Positions 36,740 to 45,058 of a stretch of DNA of 64,000 bases are shown piece by piece (position 1 is the stretch's first letter; each line of letters opens with the position of its first letter). The notes beneath the pieces are model-generated. The model made no database searches, was not told the DNA's origin, and saw nothing but the letters and a program-made list of their open reading frames with translations. The translations under genes and the position numbers were made by a program. Origin of the DNA: Candidatus Wildermuthbacteria bacterium. Lineage in GTDB: Bacteria > Patescibacteriota > Minisyncoccia > Minisyncoccales > UBA10102. The stretch is from assembly GCA_016203455.1 (NCBI GenBank), contig JACQMR010000009.1, positions 6,524 to 70,523 on the forward strand, read 5' to 3'.

Positions 36740-37680
36740 AAATCCAGGAAATCTATGACAAAGCGGTTCTCATGGGTATTGATGCGGATTTTCGCAGTAA
36801 TGCCCGCGTTGAGGAATTGCTGAAAAGAAAGCAAAAGAAGTTTGAAAAGCTTTCCGTAGAGCAGAAAGAGGAGTTTGACGCGGAAGCATTAAAGAATCCG
36901 TATTCTGATACGAGGGTTTTGCATATCGCGGAAGACCAGGAGATCAAAAAAGTTCTTGTAGGCATTGATATTGATGTCGCGGAAATTCTTCTGGCAAAAC
37001 AGCTTGGGGATATTGATCTCGTTATTTCCCACCATCCTTTGGGCAGGGCGCTTTCTGACATGCATGAGGTGATGGAATTGCAGGTAGATGTGCTGAATCA
37101 GTACGGTGTTCCGGTTACCATTGCCGAGGGCTTGATGCGGGAGCGCATCTCGGAGGTTTCCCGCGGGCTGAATCCTCGCAACAATTGGAGGGCGATTGAC
37201 GCGGCAAAACTGCTTGGGGTTAATTTGATGTGCGTTCATACCGCGGCAGACAATGTGGCCGCGAGGTTTTTGCGAGATCATATAGAGAACAAAGAGATTG
37301 AACTATTGGGCGATCTCATGGATATTCTTAGAAAGATTGAGGAGTATCAGAGAGCCATACGCATGGGCGTGGGGCCGCGATTGTTTGTGGGCAGTCCCGA
37401 AAGCAGATGCGGGAAAATCGCGCTTACCGAGATTACCGGAGGCACGGAAGGATCCCCAAAGCTGTTGGAAAAAATGGCAAACGCGGGCATTGGCACTATT
37501 GTCGGGATGCATACTTCAGAGGAACACAAAAAAGAAGCGGAGGCCGCGCATGTTAATGTGGTGATTGCCGGCCACATGCCTTCCGATTCCATTGGAATGA
37601 ACATTATTTTAGACGAGTTAGAGCGGGGCGGAGTTGAAATTGTTTCATGTTCCGGCATGGTTCGGGTTTCTCGGGCCTAG
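36736..37680 (+). CDS. NIF3-like dinuclear metal protein
   Basis: GIDID, SHHP, HTAADN, GHMPSDS. Confidence 0.85.
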   Translation: MKIQEIYDKAVLMGIDADFRSNARVEELLKRKQKKFEKLSVEQKEEFDAEALKNPYSDTRVLHIAEDQEIKKVLVGIDIDVAEILLAKQLGDIDLVISHHPLGRALSDMHEVMELQVDVLNQYGVPVTIAEGLMRERISEVSRGLNPRNNWRAIDAAKLLGVNLMCVHTAADNVAARFLRDHIENKEIELLGDLMDILRKIEEYQRAIRMGVGPRLFVGSPESRCGKIALTEITGGTEGSPKLLEKMANAGIGTIVGMHTSEEHKKEAEAAHVNVVIAGHMPSDSIGMNIILDELERGGVEIVSCSGMVRVSRA

Positions 37681-37712
37681 TATGCCAGGCAAAATTCAAG
37701 CAGTTGAATGTT

Positions 37713-37784
37713 GTCTCCGTAGCTCAACGGATAGAGCGCGGCCCTCCGAAGGCCGAGATCAGGGTTCAATTCCCCGCGGAGACA
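37713..37784 (+). tRNA. tRNA-Arg(CCG)
   Basis: GTCTCCG/CGGAGAC acceptor stem, CGGCC-CTCCGAA-GGCCG anticodon arm, GTTCAATTC T-loop; one T-stem mismatch; CCA not encoded. Confidence 0.93.
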
Positions 37785-37874
37785 CAACGCTTTATGGTGC
37801 GGATAACTCATCCGATTTAGTCAGGGCTTTTTCAAGGTTTTTGGCATGAAACGCGGCGTTGGGTATAATGCGGT

Positions 37875-38414
37875 ATGGAGATTGCGATACTGGGCGGGGC
37901 GGTAGTGTTTTTGGTTTTGGGAGCGTTTGTTGGGGTTGTCATGGCCGGGCATATTCTCTTGTTTTCCATAGTGCCTATCTGCTACGGCGCGTTTTACGCG
38001 GGGACTAGAAAAGACAATCTTCAAGAACTCATGGTATTGGCGCAGACGCGTTCAGGTGAAAAAGCCGCGGACTTGGGATCTGGCGACGGAAGGATTGTGA
38101 TTGCATTGGCGAAAGCTGGAGCAATGGCGCATGGGTATGAGATAAATCCTTTGCTGGTGTGGTGGTCGCGCCGCAAGATTAGAAAAGCAGGCCTTCAAAA
38201 TACGGCATGGATATACTGGAGAAACTTTTGGAGCATTGATTTTAGTCCTTTTGATGTGGTCATTGTGTTTGGCGTTTCTACGATTATGAAACAGCTGGAG
38301 GAAAAACTAAAAAAGGAACTTAAACCAGGCGCGCGGGTCGTTTCTAACAGCTTTGCGTTTCCTTTTTGGAAGCCGGAAAAGACCGTTGGCAGAGTGTTTT
38401 TTTATAGAAACTAG
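37875..38414 (+). CDS. Membrane-anchored class I SAM methyltransferase
   Basis: N-terminal TM helix, DLGSGDGR, GYEINP, LKPGARVVSN. Confidence 0.88.
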   Translation: MEIAILGGAVVFLVLGAFVGVVMAGHILLFSIVPICYGAFYAGTRKDNLQELMVLAQTRSGEKAADLGSGDGRIVIALAKAGAMAHGYEINPLLVWWSRRKIRKAGLQNTAWIYWRNFWSIDFSPFDVVIVFGVSTIMKQLEEKLKKELKPGARVVSNSFAFPFWKPEKTVGRVFFYRN

Positions 38415-38444
38415 AAAAACATAGCGCGGCTAAGTTTGAAAAGA

Positions 38445-38472
38445 AAAAACGATGAGGGTTGTTCATCGTTTT
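38445..38472. terminator. Hairpin between convergent genes
   Basis: AAAACGATGA-GGGTTGT-TCATCGTTTT. Confidence 0.65.
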
Positions 38473-39331
38473 ATTGCTTTGCTGGAAGGCGATTAAAGCC
38501 CTGCGCCGTTTGCATCGTTTGGTTTCTCGTCGCGGTCCTTTGCTTTAAAGCATGAGCCGCGAAACTTTGTTTGAGCGTGTTTGGCATGATAGCGCGTTCA
38601 ATGCACGCTTTTTTGCCGTATGTTTTGAGGATGGTCCAGACCCATTGCCGGGATAGGCGGCTGCCCAGGCGACGGTTGATGAAGAGGGCCCCCTCTCTTC
38701 TAGAGGGGCCAAGAAGTGTTTTGCGCGTGGCCCTTAAGTAGTAGACCAACTTGGCGGCTGTGCCGCGGGGAATATAGACAAGTCGTTCTTTCCCCCCTTT
38801 CCCCATGCAGCGGATATGCCCTTGTTCCAGATTGACATCCGCCACATTCAAATTGATCAACTCGCTAACCCGCAATCCGGCGGTGTACAGCAGTTCCATA
38901 ATGGCGGCGTCGCGCTGACCCTCGGCGGTTCCGGCCTGGGCCGCCGCGTCCAGTAAGCGGATAACCTCCTCCTCCGTGAGGGGCTTTGGCAGGGAGCGGT
39001 CCACGCGGTGTGATCCTAGCGACTCGGCGGGGTTTCCGCTTATAATTCCATTAAGGGACATGAAGCGGAAAAAGGATTTTATAGAACATATCTTCCGCGC
39101 CGTAGTGGCGCCCCGGTATCCTTTCTCGTCTCGCAAGTCGGCGATGTATTCGTTCAGCGTGTTCGCGTCCACCAGGCGCCACCCGTTTTCCGAGTTGGAC
39201 GACCCGTTGAGGCGCGGTTTCAAGAAGTTCTTGAGCTGGAATAAATCGTTGCGGTAGGCCTCCCATGTGTTGCGCGAGAACCCCTTTTCCACCAGCAGAT
39301 GGTCAAGGAAGGCGTTGATGGATTTCTCCAT
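38471..39331 (-). CDS. XerD-like tyrosine recombinase, truncated and predicted catalytically inactive
   Basis: AYRNDL, GLRVSEL, GKGGKER present; HxLRHS reads NTLKQS; LGH and catalytic Tyr absent. Confidence 0.85.
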   Translation of the reverse strand: MEKSINAFLDHLLVEKGFSRNTWEAYRNDLFQLKNFLKPRLNGSSNSENGWRLVDANTLNEYIADLRDEKGYRGATTARKICSIKSFFRFMSLNGIISGNPAESLGSHRVDRSLPKPLTEEEVIRLLDAAAQAGTAEGQRDAAIMELLYTAGLRVSELINLNVADVNLEQGHIRCMGKGGKERLVYIPRGTAAKLVYYLRATRKTLLGPSRREGALFINRRLGSRLSRQWVWTILKTYGKKACIERAIMPNTLKQSFAAHALKQRTATRNQTMQTAQGFNRLPAKQ

Positions 39332-39468
39332 GGTGTAGGAACCTCCTTTTGCGTGCGTCATATCCCGATTCTGAAACGAGAATGGCATGTGCTATAAATT
39401 ATGTCAAGTTTCTTTACTACAAGGCGAGATCGTTGGCAGAGATGGCCCGGGTTTGGTATATTGCATAT

Positions 39469-39801
39469 ATGAAGAAAAAAACTCCGGCAAAAAAGAGAGG
39501 CGTTATCAAAAAGGTTGCGGTCAAAACAATTTCCGTGAAGAAGAAGACGCCCAAAGAGAGATTGATAGGCAGGATCACGCATTTCTACGACAACATTGGC
39601 GTTGCCGTTATTAAGCTGACCGCTCCTTTAAAAAAAGGCGATACAATCCGCGTGGAAGGCGGAGATGTTTCTGTAAAGCAAAAGGTGTCTTCCATGCAGA
39701 ACGATCATAAGCCGGTTGCCGCGGCTAAGGCGAAAAACGAGATTGGCATGAAAATCTCAAAGAAAGTGCGGGACGGATACAGGGTGTATAAAATCGGATA
39801 A
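39469..39801 (+). CDS. Small EF-Tu domain II / U32-C-like beta-barrel protein
   Basis: IGRITHFYDNIGVAVI, LKKGD, QKVSSMQ, VRDGYRVY. Confidence 0.7.
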   Translation: MKKKTPAKKRGVIKKVAVKTISVKKKTPKERLIGRITHFYDNIGVAVIKLTAPLKKGDTIRVEGGDVSVKQKVSSMQNDHKPVAAAKAKNEIGMKISKKVRDGYRVYKIG

Positions 39802-39808
39802 CCATTTC

Positions 39809-40954
39809 ATGAACTTCGGCTCTTTGTTTGCGTTTTCAACGCTTTTGGGAACGATTATCGGGGCCGGCATGTTTGGCCTGCCGTTTGTGGTTCAGAAAGT
39901 CGGGGTGATTCCCGCGCTTTTTTATTTTTTGGCGCTGGGGGGAGCGGTTACGCTTATTCATTTGTTTTTTGGAGAGATATGTTTGCGCACCATACGGAAA
40001 TCCCGCCTTGTGGGGTACGCTTCTGTGTATTTGGGTCCCGCGGGCAAAGCGGCGGCTGTTTGCTCTACCGTGTTGGGGGTTACGGGAGCTTTGCTCGCGT
40101 ACATTATTTTGGGAACTCATTTTTTGCGTATTCTTGCCGGTTCCTTCCCGTTTGTTCTTTCTGAAACGGCGCTGGCGGCGGTATTTTGGGCGGCGCTTTC
40201 GTTTTTTGTTTTGCGGGGTATTCGCGCGGTTGCCAAAGCGGAGCTTGTTATGGTTATCATTCTTGCGGGGGTTTTATTGCTTATATTCGGCGCGGCGATT
40301 CCGCGCGTTCGTTTTGACAATTTGCTGTGGTTTGGATCAGACGGAGTATTCTTGCCGTACGGAGTTATTTTATTTGCTCTTGCCGGGTGGTCCGCGGTTC
40401 CAGAAATTGCCGAGATGTTTAAAAAACGGAGCGAGAAAAAAAGATTGGACAATGTCATTATTGCCGCTTCTTTGGTCGCGGCGGGCGTATCTTTTCTTTT
40501 TGCTCTTGTTGTCGCGGGGGTATCTGGCAACGGCACAAGCCAGGACGCGCTTTCCGGGCTTATCCCGTTTCTTGGGGGTAATATAGTTTTTCTGGGTTCT
40601 GTGTTTGGACTGGTCGCGATTGCCTCCTCGTTTATGGTTTTGGCCAGTTATCTGAAAAATTCTTTAGTGCAAGACGGCAAAATGCCCGGGTGGTTCGCGG
40701 CTGTTTTTACCATTACGGCTCCCATGGCGTTGTTTCTGGCCGGGTTGAGAGAATTCATCTCGGTCTTGGGAGTGCTTGGCGCGGTTTTCGGTCTTATGGA
40801 GGCCTTGTTGATTATTGCCATATTTATTCAGGCGAGGAAGAAAGGCGACAGGGAGCCCGAATACGCTTTGCGCGGAGTGGGCATCCTCCCGATCTTTTTA
40901 TGTTTTTTGCTGGCAGGGGGAGCGGTGGCGCAATTTTTGTACCATGCTAGATAA
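39809..40954 (+). CDS. Amino acid permease (aromatic amino acid transporter-like)
   Basis: GTIIGAGMFGLP, about 11 TM helices. Confidence 0.85.
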   Translation: MNFGSLFAFSTLLGTIIGAGMFGLPFVVQKVGVIPALFYFLALGGAVTLIHLFFGEICLRTIRKSRLVGYASVYLGPAGKAAAVCSTVLGVTGALLAYIILGTHFLRILAGSFPFVLSETALAAVFWAALSFFVLRGIRAVAKAELVMVIILAGVLLLIFGAAIPRVRFDNLLWFGSDGVFLPYGVILFALAGWSAVPEIAEMFKKRSEKKRLDNVIIAASLVAAGVSFLFALVVAGVSGNGTSQDALSGLIPFLGGNIVFLGSVFGLVAIASSFMVLASYLKNSLVQDGKMPGWFAAVFTITAPMALFLAGLREFISVLGVLGAVFGLMEALLIIAIFIQARKKGDREPEYALRGVGILPIFLCFLLAGGAVAQFLYHAR

Positions 40955-41042
40955 TGTTCTAACAATCGCGTTTTTTATCTTTTTCCCCGTGCTGGTTATC
41001 TTGTGGGCGCTTTCTCATTTATTGCCGTATCTTGTGAGTTGA
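40944..41042 (+). CDS. Possible 32-aa single-TM peptide
   Basis: MLDNVLTIAFFIFFPVLVILWALSHLLPYLVS; start overlaps the permease end. Confidence 0.4.
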   Translation: MLDNVLTIAFFIFFPVLVILWALSHLLPYLVS

Positions 41043-41098
41043 TGGGGTTTTCGCCCTGTTGTTTTTTTGGTTTTGTGGTATCATTGACGGCATACGGC

Positions 41099-41485
41099 AT
41101 GACGAACATTTTTCGCAAGATCCCAAGGCGCGGCATCGCGCAGGCGCTTCCCAGGGCATCTTTGGGCATAGCGCCCATGCTTTTGTCTGTTGAGCTCGGT
41201 TTGAGTGTCATGGCCGGGTATTTCGCGGCGCGGTTTTTTGCGGGGGCAAAAACCGGGGATCGGGGCCGCCTTCCTTCCCTGGTGTTTGATATTAAAGAGT
41301 ATAGGGTGCATTTGCATCATTGGTTTGTATTCTTGATTATTCTTGTGGCAACGGCCGTAGCAAACTTTTTTCTGGCGGAACCCGCGGTGTTTTACGGATT
41401 TCTGGGGGGTGTGGTGGCCCAGGGGGTTCTGCACTACGAGGATTGGCCGCGAATCGTAACAAAACAGAAAAAGCATTCATGCTAG
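41099..41485 (+). CDS. Hypothetical membrane protein
   Basis: TM helices with an HLHHW motif. Confidence 0.7.
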   Translation: MTNIFRKIPRRGIAQALPRASLGIAPMLLSVELGLSVMAGYFAARFFAGAKTGDRGRLPSLVFDIKEYRVHLHHWFVFLIILVATAVANFFLAEPAVFYGFLGGVVAQGVLHYEDWPRIVTKQKKHSC

Positions 41486-41808
41486 AAGCCGTTCTGGTCT
41501 GGGGGTTTTTGGGAGGAGCCCTGCGCGGCGTTGTCGGGTTTTTAAAGCATCGGTTTTCATACAAGGATGTTTCTTTCTCCGTATCCGCTTTCGGGTCTTC
41601 CGTGGCGTTATCCGGATTCGTTGGAGTTGCCGTATTTATCGTTGCCAAGGAGGTTGGCGTGTCTTTTCTTGGCACAGATACCCTGTCTCCCGCTTTGGGC
41701 GTTGTTATCGGATACGCGGGCGGGGATTTTTTGGAGAATTTGTGGAAGATTATCATGAAAACTCCGGGCGCGGTTTTGTTTCGCGGGCAGACAGACGCGC
41801 GAAAATGA
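41479..41808 (+). CDS. Hypothetical membrane protein
   Basis: GFLGGALRG...GYAGGDFLENLWK; three TM helices. Confidence 0.7.
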   Translation: MLEAVLVWGFLGGALRGVVGFLKHRFSYKDVSFSVSAFGSSVALSGFVGVAVFIVAKEVGVSFLGTDTLSPALGVVIGYAGGDFLENLWKIIMKTPGAVLFRGQTDARK

Positions 41809-41851
41809 AAGCCATCTTATTTTTTAATTTTTAATCTCTAAAGCGGTTGTT

Positions 41852-41900
41852 CGTTATTAGTTACAGGTTATTTGTTATTGGTGATTTGTTATTTGTTGCT
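41852..41900 (+). repeat. Seven-unit 7-nt array ending 2 nt before an ATG
   Basis: CGTTATT AGTTACA GGTTATT TGTTATT GGTGATT TGTTATT TGTTGCT. Confidence 0.88.
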
Positions 41901-41902
41901 CC

Positions 41903-42646
41903 ATGACAACGGATTTTTTTAAATACAAGTACGGGTACGAGATTGAAGGAATATGGCTTCCCCGCGTTACGGCTATTACTTCCCTCATTTCCCGTTCGTT
42001 TTCTTTTGCCGGGGCAGGCGCCGCCGCTGATTGGGGCACAAAAGTTCACGCGGCCGTGGAGCGGATCATGAAGAATGAATACGCGGGCGGATTTGAGGAT
42101 ATCGCCCCTTCCGTGCGCGCCTTTGAGAAATGGAGAACGGATCACGGGGTGAAGCCGGCCGGGCGCGCCAATGCCGTGGAAGCAAGGGTCTGGGATTTTG
42201 AGCACGGATACGCGGGGACGCTGGACCTGGTTGCCGAAGTTCAAGGCAGAGTGGGCGTGGTTGATGTGAAGACAGCGAGCGTTATGCGCGAGGAATACGC
42301 CTTGCAAACCGCGGCGTACATGGGGGCGTATAATCTTGGGGCGCCCGGGAAAGAGAAGGCGGAAACCCGATGGATTCTTCGCATTGATCAGTACAGAGAA
42401 TGCCGGGGATGCATGGCCAGGAAGAAAGACAAAGACAAAAAAGGAAGGGCGCAGGGCGGAAACGAGCAGTGCAACCACCAGTGGGGAGAGGCGGTTGGGG
42501 CGGCGGAGTTTTTGGAGTTCCCGGATTTTTTACAGGATTTTAACGCGTTTCTCGCCGCTAAAGAAGTTTGGGAGTGGTATCACAGGGGCATTCTGCGCGG
42601 AATTTCCAATTACCCTAAAAATGTCGTTCAAAAAGTGCTAGTGTGA
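41903..42646 (+). CDS. PD-(D/E)XK superfamily nuclease
   Basis: PRVT, GTKVH, E, YAGTLD, DVKT, LQTAAY. Confidence 0.85.
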   Translation: MTTDFFKYKYGYEIEGIWLPRVTAITSLISRSFSFAGAGAAADWGTKVHAAVERIMKNEYAGGFEDIAPSVRAFEKWRTDHGVKPAGRANAVEARVWDFEHGYAGTLDLVAEVQGRVGVVDVKTASVMREEYALQTAAYMGAYNLGAPGKEKAETRWILRIDQYRECRGCMARKKDKDKKGRAQGGNEQCNHQWGEAVGAAEFLEFPDFLQDFNAFLAAKEVWEWYHRGILRGISNYPKNVVQKVLV

Positions 42647-42650
42647 TCGT

Positions 42651-42998
42651 ATGAATATTCATAAAATTATCGGGTTCGCGCTTTTGGGTTTCGGGGTGTC
42701 CGTGATTCTGTACGGGCTGTATGCTTCGTATGGGATTTTCACGGGTCAGAACGATGCCCCGCGGATATTCCGGGAACAAGAAAGCAATTCGCCTGGCGCT
42801 GACAATACTGCCGCGCTCGGTTCGCTGGAGGATCTGCAGAACCAGCTCCCCGGTTTGTTGCAAAGTCAGTTGCAAGGACTCCTGCCCGCGGGTTCTATCC
42901 CCGGCATGCTTAACTTGTTTTCCTGGTCTGTGTTCGCGGGCATTCTCATGCTGGGCGGCGGGCAGATCGCGGGGCTCGGCATTAAATTGATTAAGTGA
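42651..42998 (+). CDS. Hypothetical two-TM protein
   Basis: Hydrophobic termini, operon position. Confidence 0.7.
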   Translation: MNIHKIIGFALLGFGVSVILYGLYASYGIFTGQNDAPRIFREQESNSPGADNTAALGSLEDLQNQLPGLLQSQLQGLLPAGSIPGMLNLFSWSVFAGILMLGGGQIAGLGIKLIK

Positions 42999-43004
42999 AA
43001 CACA

Positions 43005-44258
43005 ATGAAGATTGTCGCGGATTTTCATATTCATTCTCGGTTTTCCCGAGCCACTTCGCGCGCTTTAAATCTCACAAATCTTGATGCGTGGGCCGCGCGA
43101 AAAGGCATTACCGTCATGGGGACCGGGGATTTTACGCATCCTCTCTGGCTCCGCGAGCTTCAAGAGGAATTAGAACCCGCTGAACAGGGACTGTATAAAA
43201 GAAAAGCGGGCGGCGCCGCCAGGTTTGTTTTTTCTTCGGAGATTTCTTGTATTTACTCAAAGGGAGGGAAAGTAAGGAAAGTGCATCTTATACTGGTCGT
43301 CCCTTCTTTGCGGGCCGTTGAAAAGATTAACGCGGCGCTGGGAGCGAGAGGGAACCTTGCGTCGGATGGCCGGCCTATTATCGGTATTGACGCAAAAGAG
43401 GTTGCGAAAATTGCTTTGGACGCAGACCCGTCTTCTTTGGTGATCCCCGCTCACGCGTGGACTCCGTGGTTCGCGGTGTTCGGGTCAAAATCCGGATTCA
43501 ACGCTTTGGAGGAATGTTTTGACGAATACACCAGGTATATTTACGCGATAGAAACGGGATTATCTTCAGATCCCGCCATGAACTGGCGCCTGTCTTCTTT
43601 AGACGGTATCGCACTGTTGAGCAATTCTGATTCCCATTCTTTGGAGAAAATAGGGAGAGAGGCAAATGTGTTTGAGGCAGAGTTAAGTTACGCAGGCATT
43701 GCAGAGAGCATTAAATCAAAAGACCCGGCGCGTTTTTTATATACCGTGGAGTTTTTTCCGGAAGAGGGGAAATATCATCATGACGGCCACAGATTATGCG
43801 GCGTGAGTATGAGCCCGGAGGAGTCCAAAAAACACAACGGGGTATGTCCCAAATGCAAACGGCCTCTTACCATCGGGGTGCTCAACAGGGTCGCCGAACT
43901 CGCGGATCGTCCCGAAGGATATAAGCCGGACAACGCCATACCTTATAAAAGTTTAATTCCTCTGCAAGAGATTATAGCCGATGCTTTGCGCGCGGGCGTT
44001 GGAACCAAAAAGGGAAAAGCGGAGTATGAAACGCTGATAAACACGCTGGGAACGGAGTTTGCCGTTCTTCTGGACGCGACAGAGGCGGAATTGCGGAACG
44101 CGACCACTCCGGAAATCGCGGAGGGGATTCTGCGCGTGCGGCAAGGCAAGGTGCGCATTGTTCCCGGGTATGACGGAGAGTACGGAAAGATTGAGATTTT
44201 CGCTCCCGAAGAACGCGCTACAGGTCATCCTTTGTCTGCCTTAGCTGTGGATAACTAA
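43005..44258 (+). CDS. PHP-domain endonuclease Q-like (TIGR00375-like) protein
   Basis: DFHIHSRFSRATS, GTGDFTHP, PAHAWTPW, NSDSHS, CPKC, GYDGEYG. Confidence 0.88.
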   Translation: MKIVADFHIHSRFSRATSRALNLTNLDAWAARKGITVMGTGDFTHPLWLRELQEELEPAEQGLYKRKAGGAARFVFSSEISCIYSKGGKVRKVHLILVVPSLRAVEKINAALGARGNLASDGRPIIGIDAKEVAKIALDADPSSLVIPAHAWTPWFAVFGSKSGFNALEECFDEYTRYIYAIETGLSSDPAMNWRLSSLDGIALLSNSDSHSLEKIGREANVFEAELSYAGIAESIKSKDPARFLYTVEFFPEEGKYHHDGHRLCGVSMSPEESKKHNGVCPKCKRPLTIGVLNRVAELADRPEGYKPDNAIPYKSLIPLQEIIADALRAGVGTKKGKAEYETLINTLGTEFAVLLDATEAELRNATTPEIAEGILRVRQGKVRIVPGYDGEYGKIEIFAPEERATGHPLSALAVDN

Positions 44259-44309
44259 GGGAGACAAGGGCTAGATTCAATGCTGTTTTGCAGGCGCGTG
44301 ACATGCCGG

Positions 44310-44338
44310 TTGACAGGCGGTTGACTCATGGATATACT
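44310..44338 (+). promoter_or_regulatory. Near-consensus sigma70 promoter
   Basis: TTGACA-17 nt-TATACT. Confidence 0.75.
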
Positions 44339-44360
44339 GAAATCCCAGGGAGGAGAGGAT

Positions 44361-44498
44361 ATGAACATGAAAACAATGTTAAACGCGCAAAACAACAAAA
44401 GAGAATCAAAAAGTTCCGATGTGTTCAAAGGAATGTGTTTTTCTTTTTCCCAGGGTATCATGACGCGCGCGATGAAGGCGCGGGCCCAGACCAATTGA
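44361..44498 (+). CDS. 45-aa small protein
   Basis: SD GGAGGAGAGG; MNMKTMLNAQNNKRESKSSDVFKGMCFSFSQGIMTRAMKARAQTN; terminator follows. Confidence 0.55.
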   Translation: MNMKTMLNAQNNKRESKSSDVFKGMCFSFSQGIMTRAMKARAQTN

Positions 44499-44535
44499 TG
44501 CGGTTCCGGATTTTATGAACAAGTATCAATGCGTC

Positions 44536-44564
44536 TGATTCCCCGCGAGGAATCAGTTTTATTT
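44536..44564 (+). terminator. Intrinsic terminator
   Basis: CTGATTCC-CCGCGA-GGAATCAG-TTTTATTT. Confidence 0.7.
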
Positions 44565-44586
44565 AAAAAGCGTAAGAGCAAGAGAC

Positions 44587-45057
44587 ATGGAAACAACATA
44601 TCATCTCACAAGCAAAGGACTGGAAGCCCTGCGAAAAGAGTACGAGGGACTTCTTGAATTGAAAAAAATCAAGACAACGGGAGATGATGTGCCTTCCATT
44701 TTGCATTCAGAAGAGGCGAACCCCGAGTATCTGTCTTTCCAAGAAGACATGGTCTTGCTGGAAGGCAGGATAGCGGACCTGGAGAACATTTTCAAAAATG
44801 CGGTATTGATCGCGCCTCCCACGGGAGAAGAGAAAAAGAAGATCGGTTTAGGGGCGATAGTAACCGTTGATCTTGGCGGAGAAGTTGATGAATTTACAAT
44901 CGTGGGGACGCTTGAGGCCGATCCTTTGCGCAAAAAGATTTCTAACGAATCCCCTTTGGGGCGAGGTCTTTTGGGAATGCGGGCGGGGGATATGGTGAAG
45001 GTCAAAACAGCATTGATAAATCACGATTGTAAGATTCTTAAAATTTCATATCTTTAG
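44587..45057 (+). CDS. greA: GreA/GreB-family elongation factor
   Basis: LTSKGLEAL, IVGTLEADP, ISNESPLG; acidic tip divergent. Confidence 0.85.
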   Translation: METTYHLTSKGLEALRKEYEGLLELKKIKTTGDDVPSILHSEEANPEYLSFQEDMVLLEGRIADLENIFKNAVLIAPPTGEEKKKIGLGAIVTVDLGGEVDEFTIVGTLEADPLRKKISNESPLGRGLLGMRAGDMVKVKTALINHDCKILKISYL

Positions 45058-45058
45058 C

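Noticed and set aside
37713..39331. Prophage or island integrated at tRNA-Arg by the recombinase
   Set aside because: The recombinase lacks catalytic residues, there are no phage genes, and I found no convincing duplicated tRNA 3' end.
41852..42646. CRISPR array with Cas4
   Set aside because: The repeats are contiguous 7-mers without spacers, there are no cas1/cas2 genes, and the Cas4 four-Cys layout is absent.
44247..44255. Isolated DnaA box TGTGGATAA
   Set aside because: A single copy at a gene end with no cluster or AT-rich unwinding tract; could be chance.
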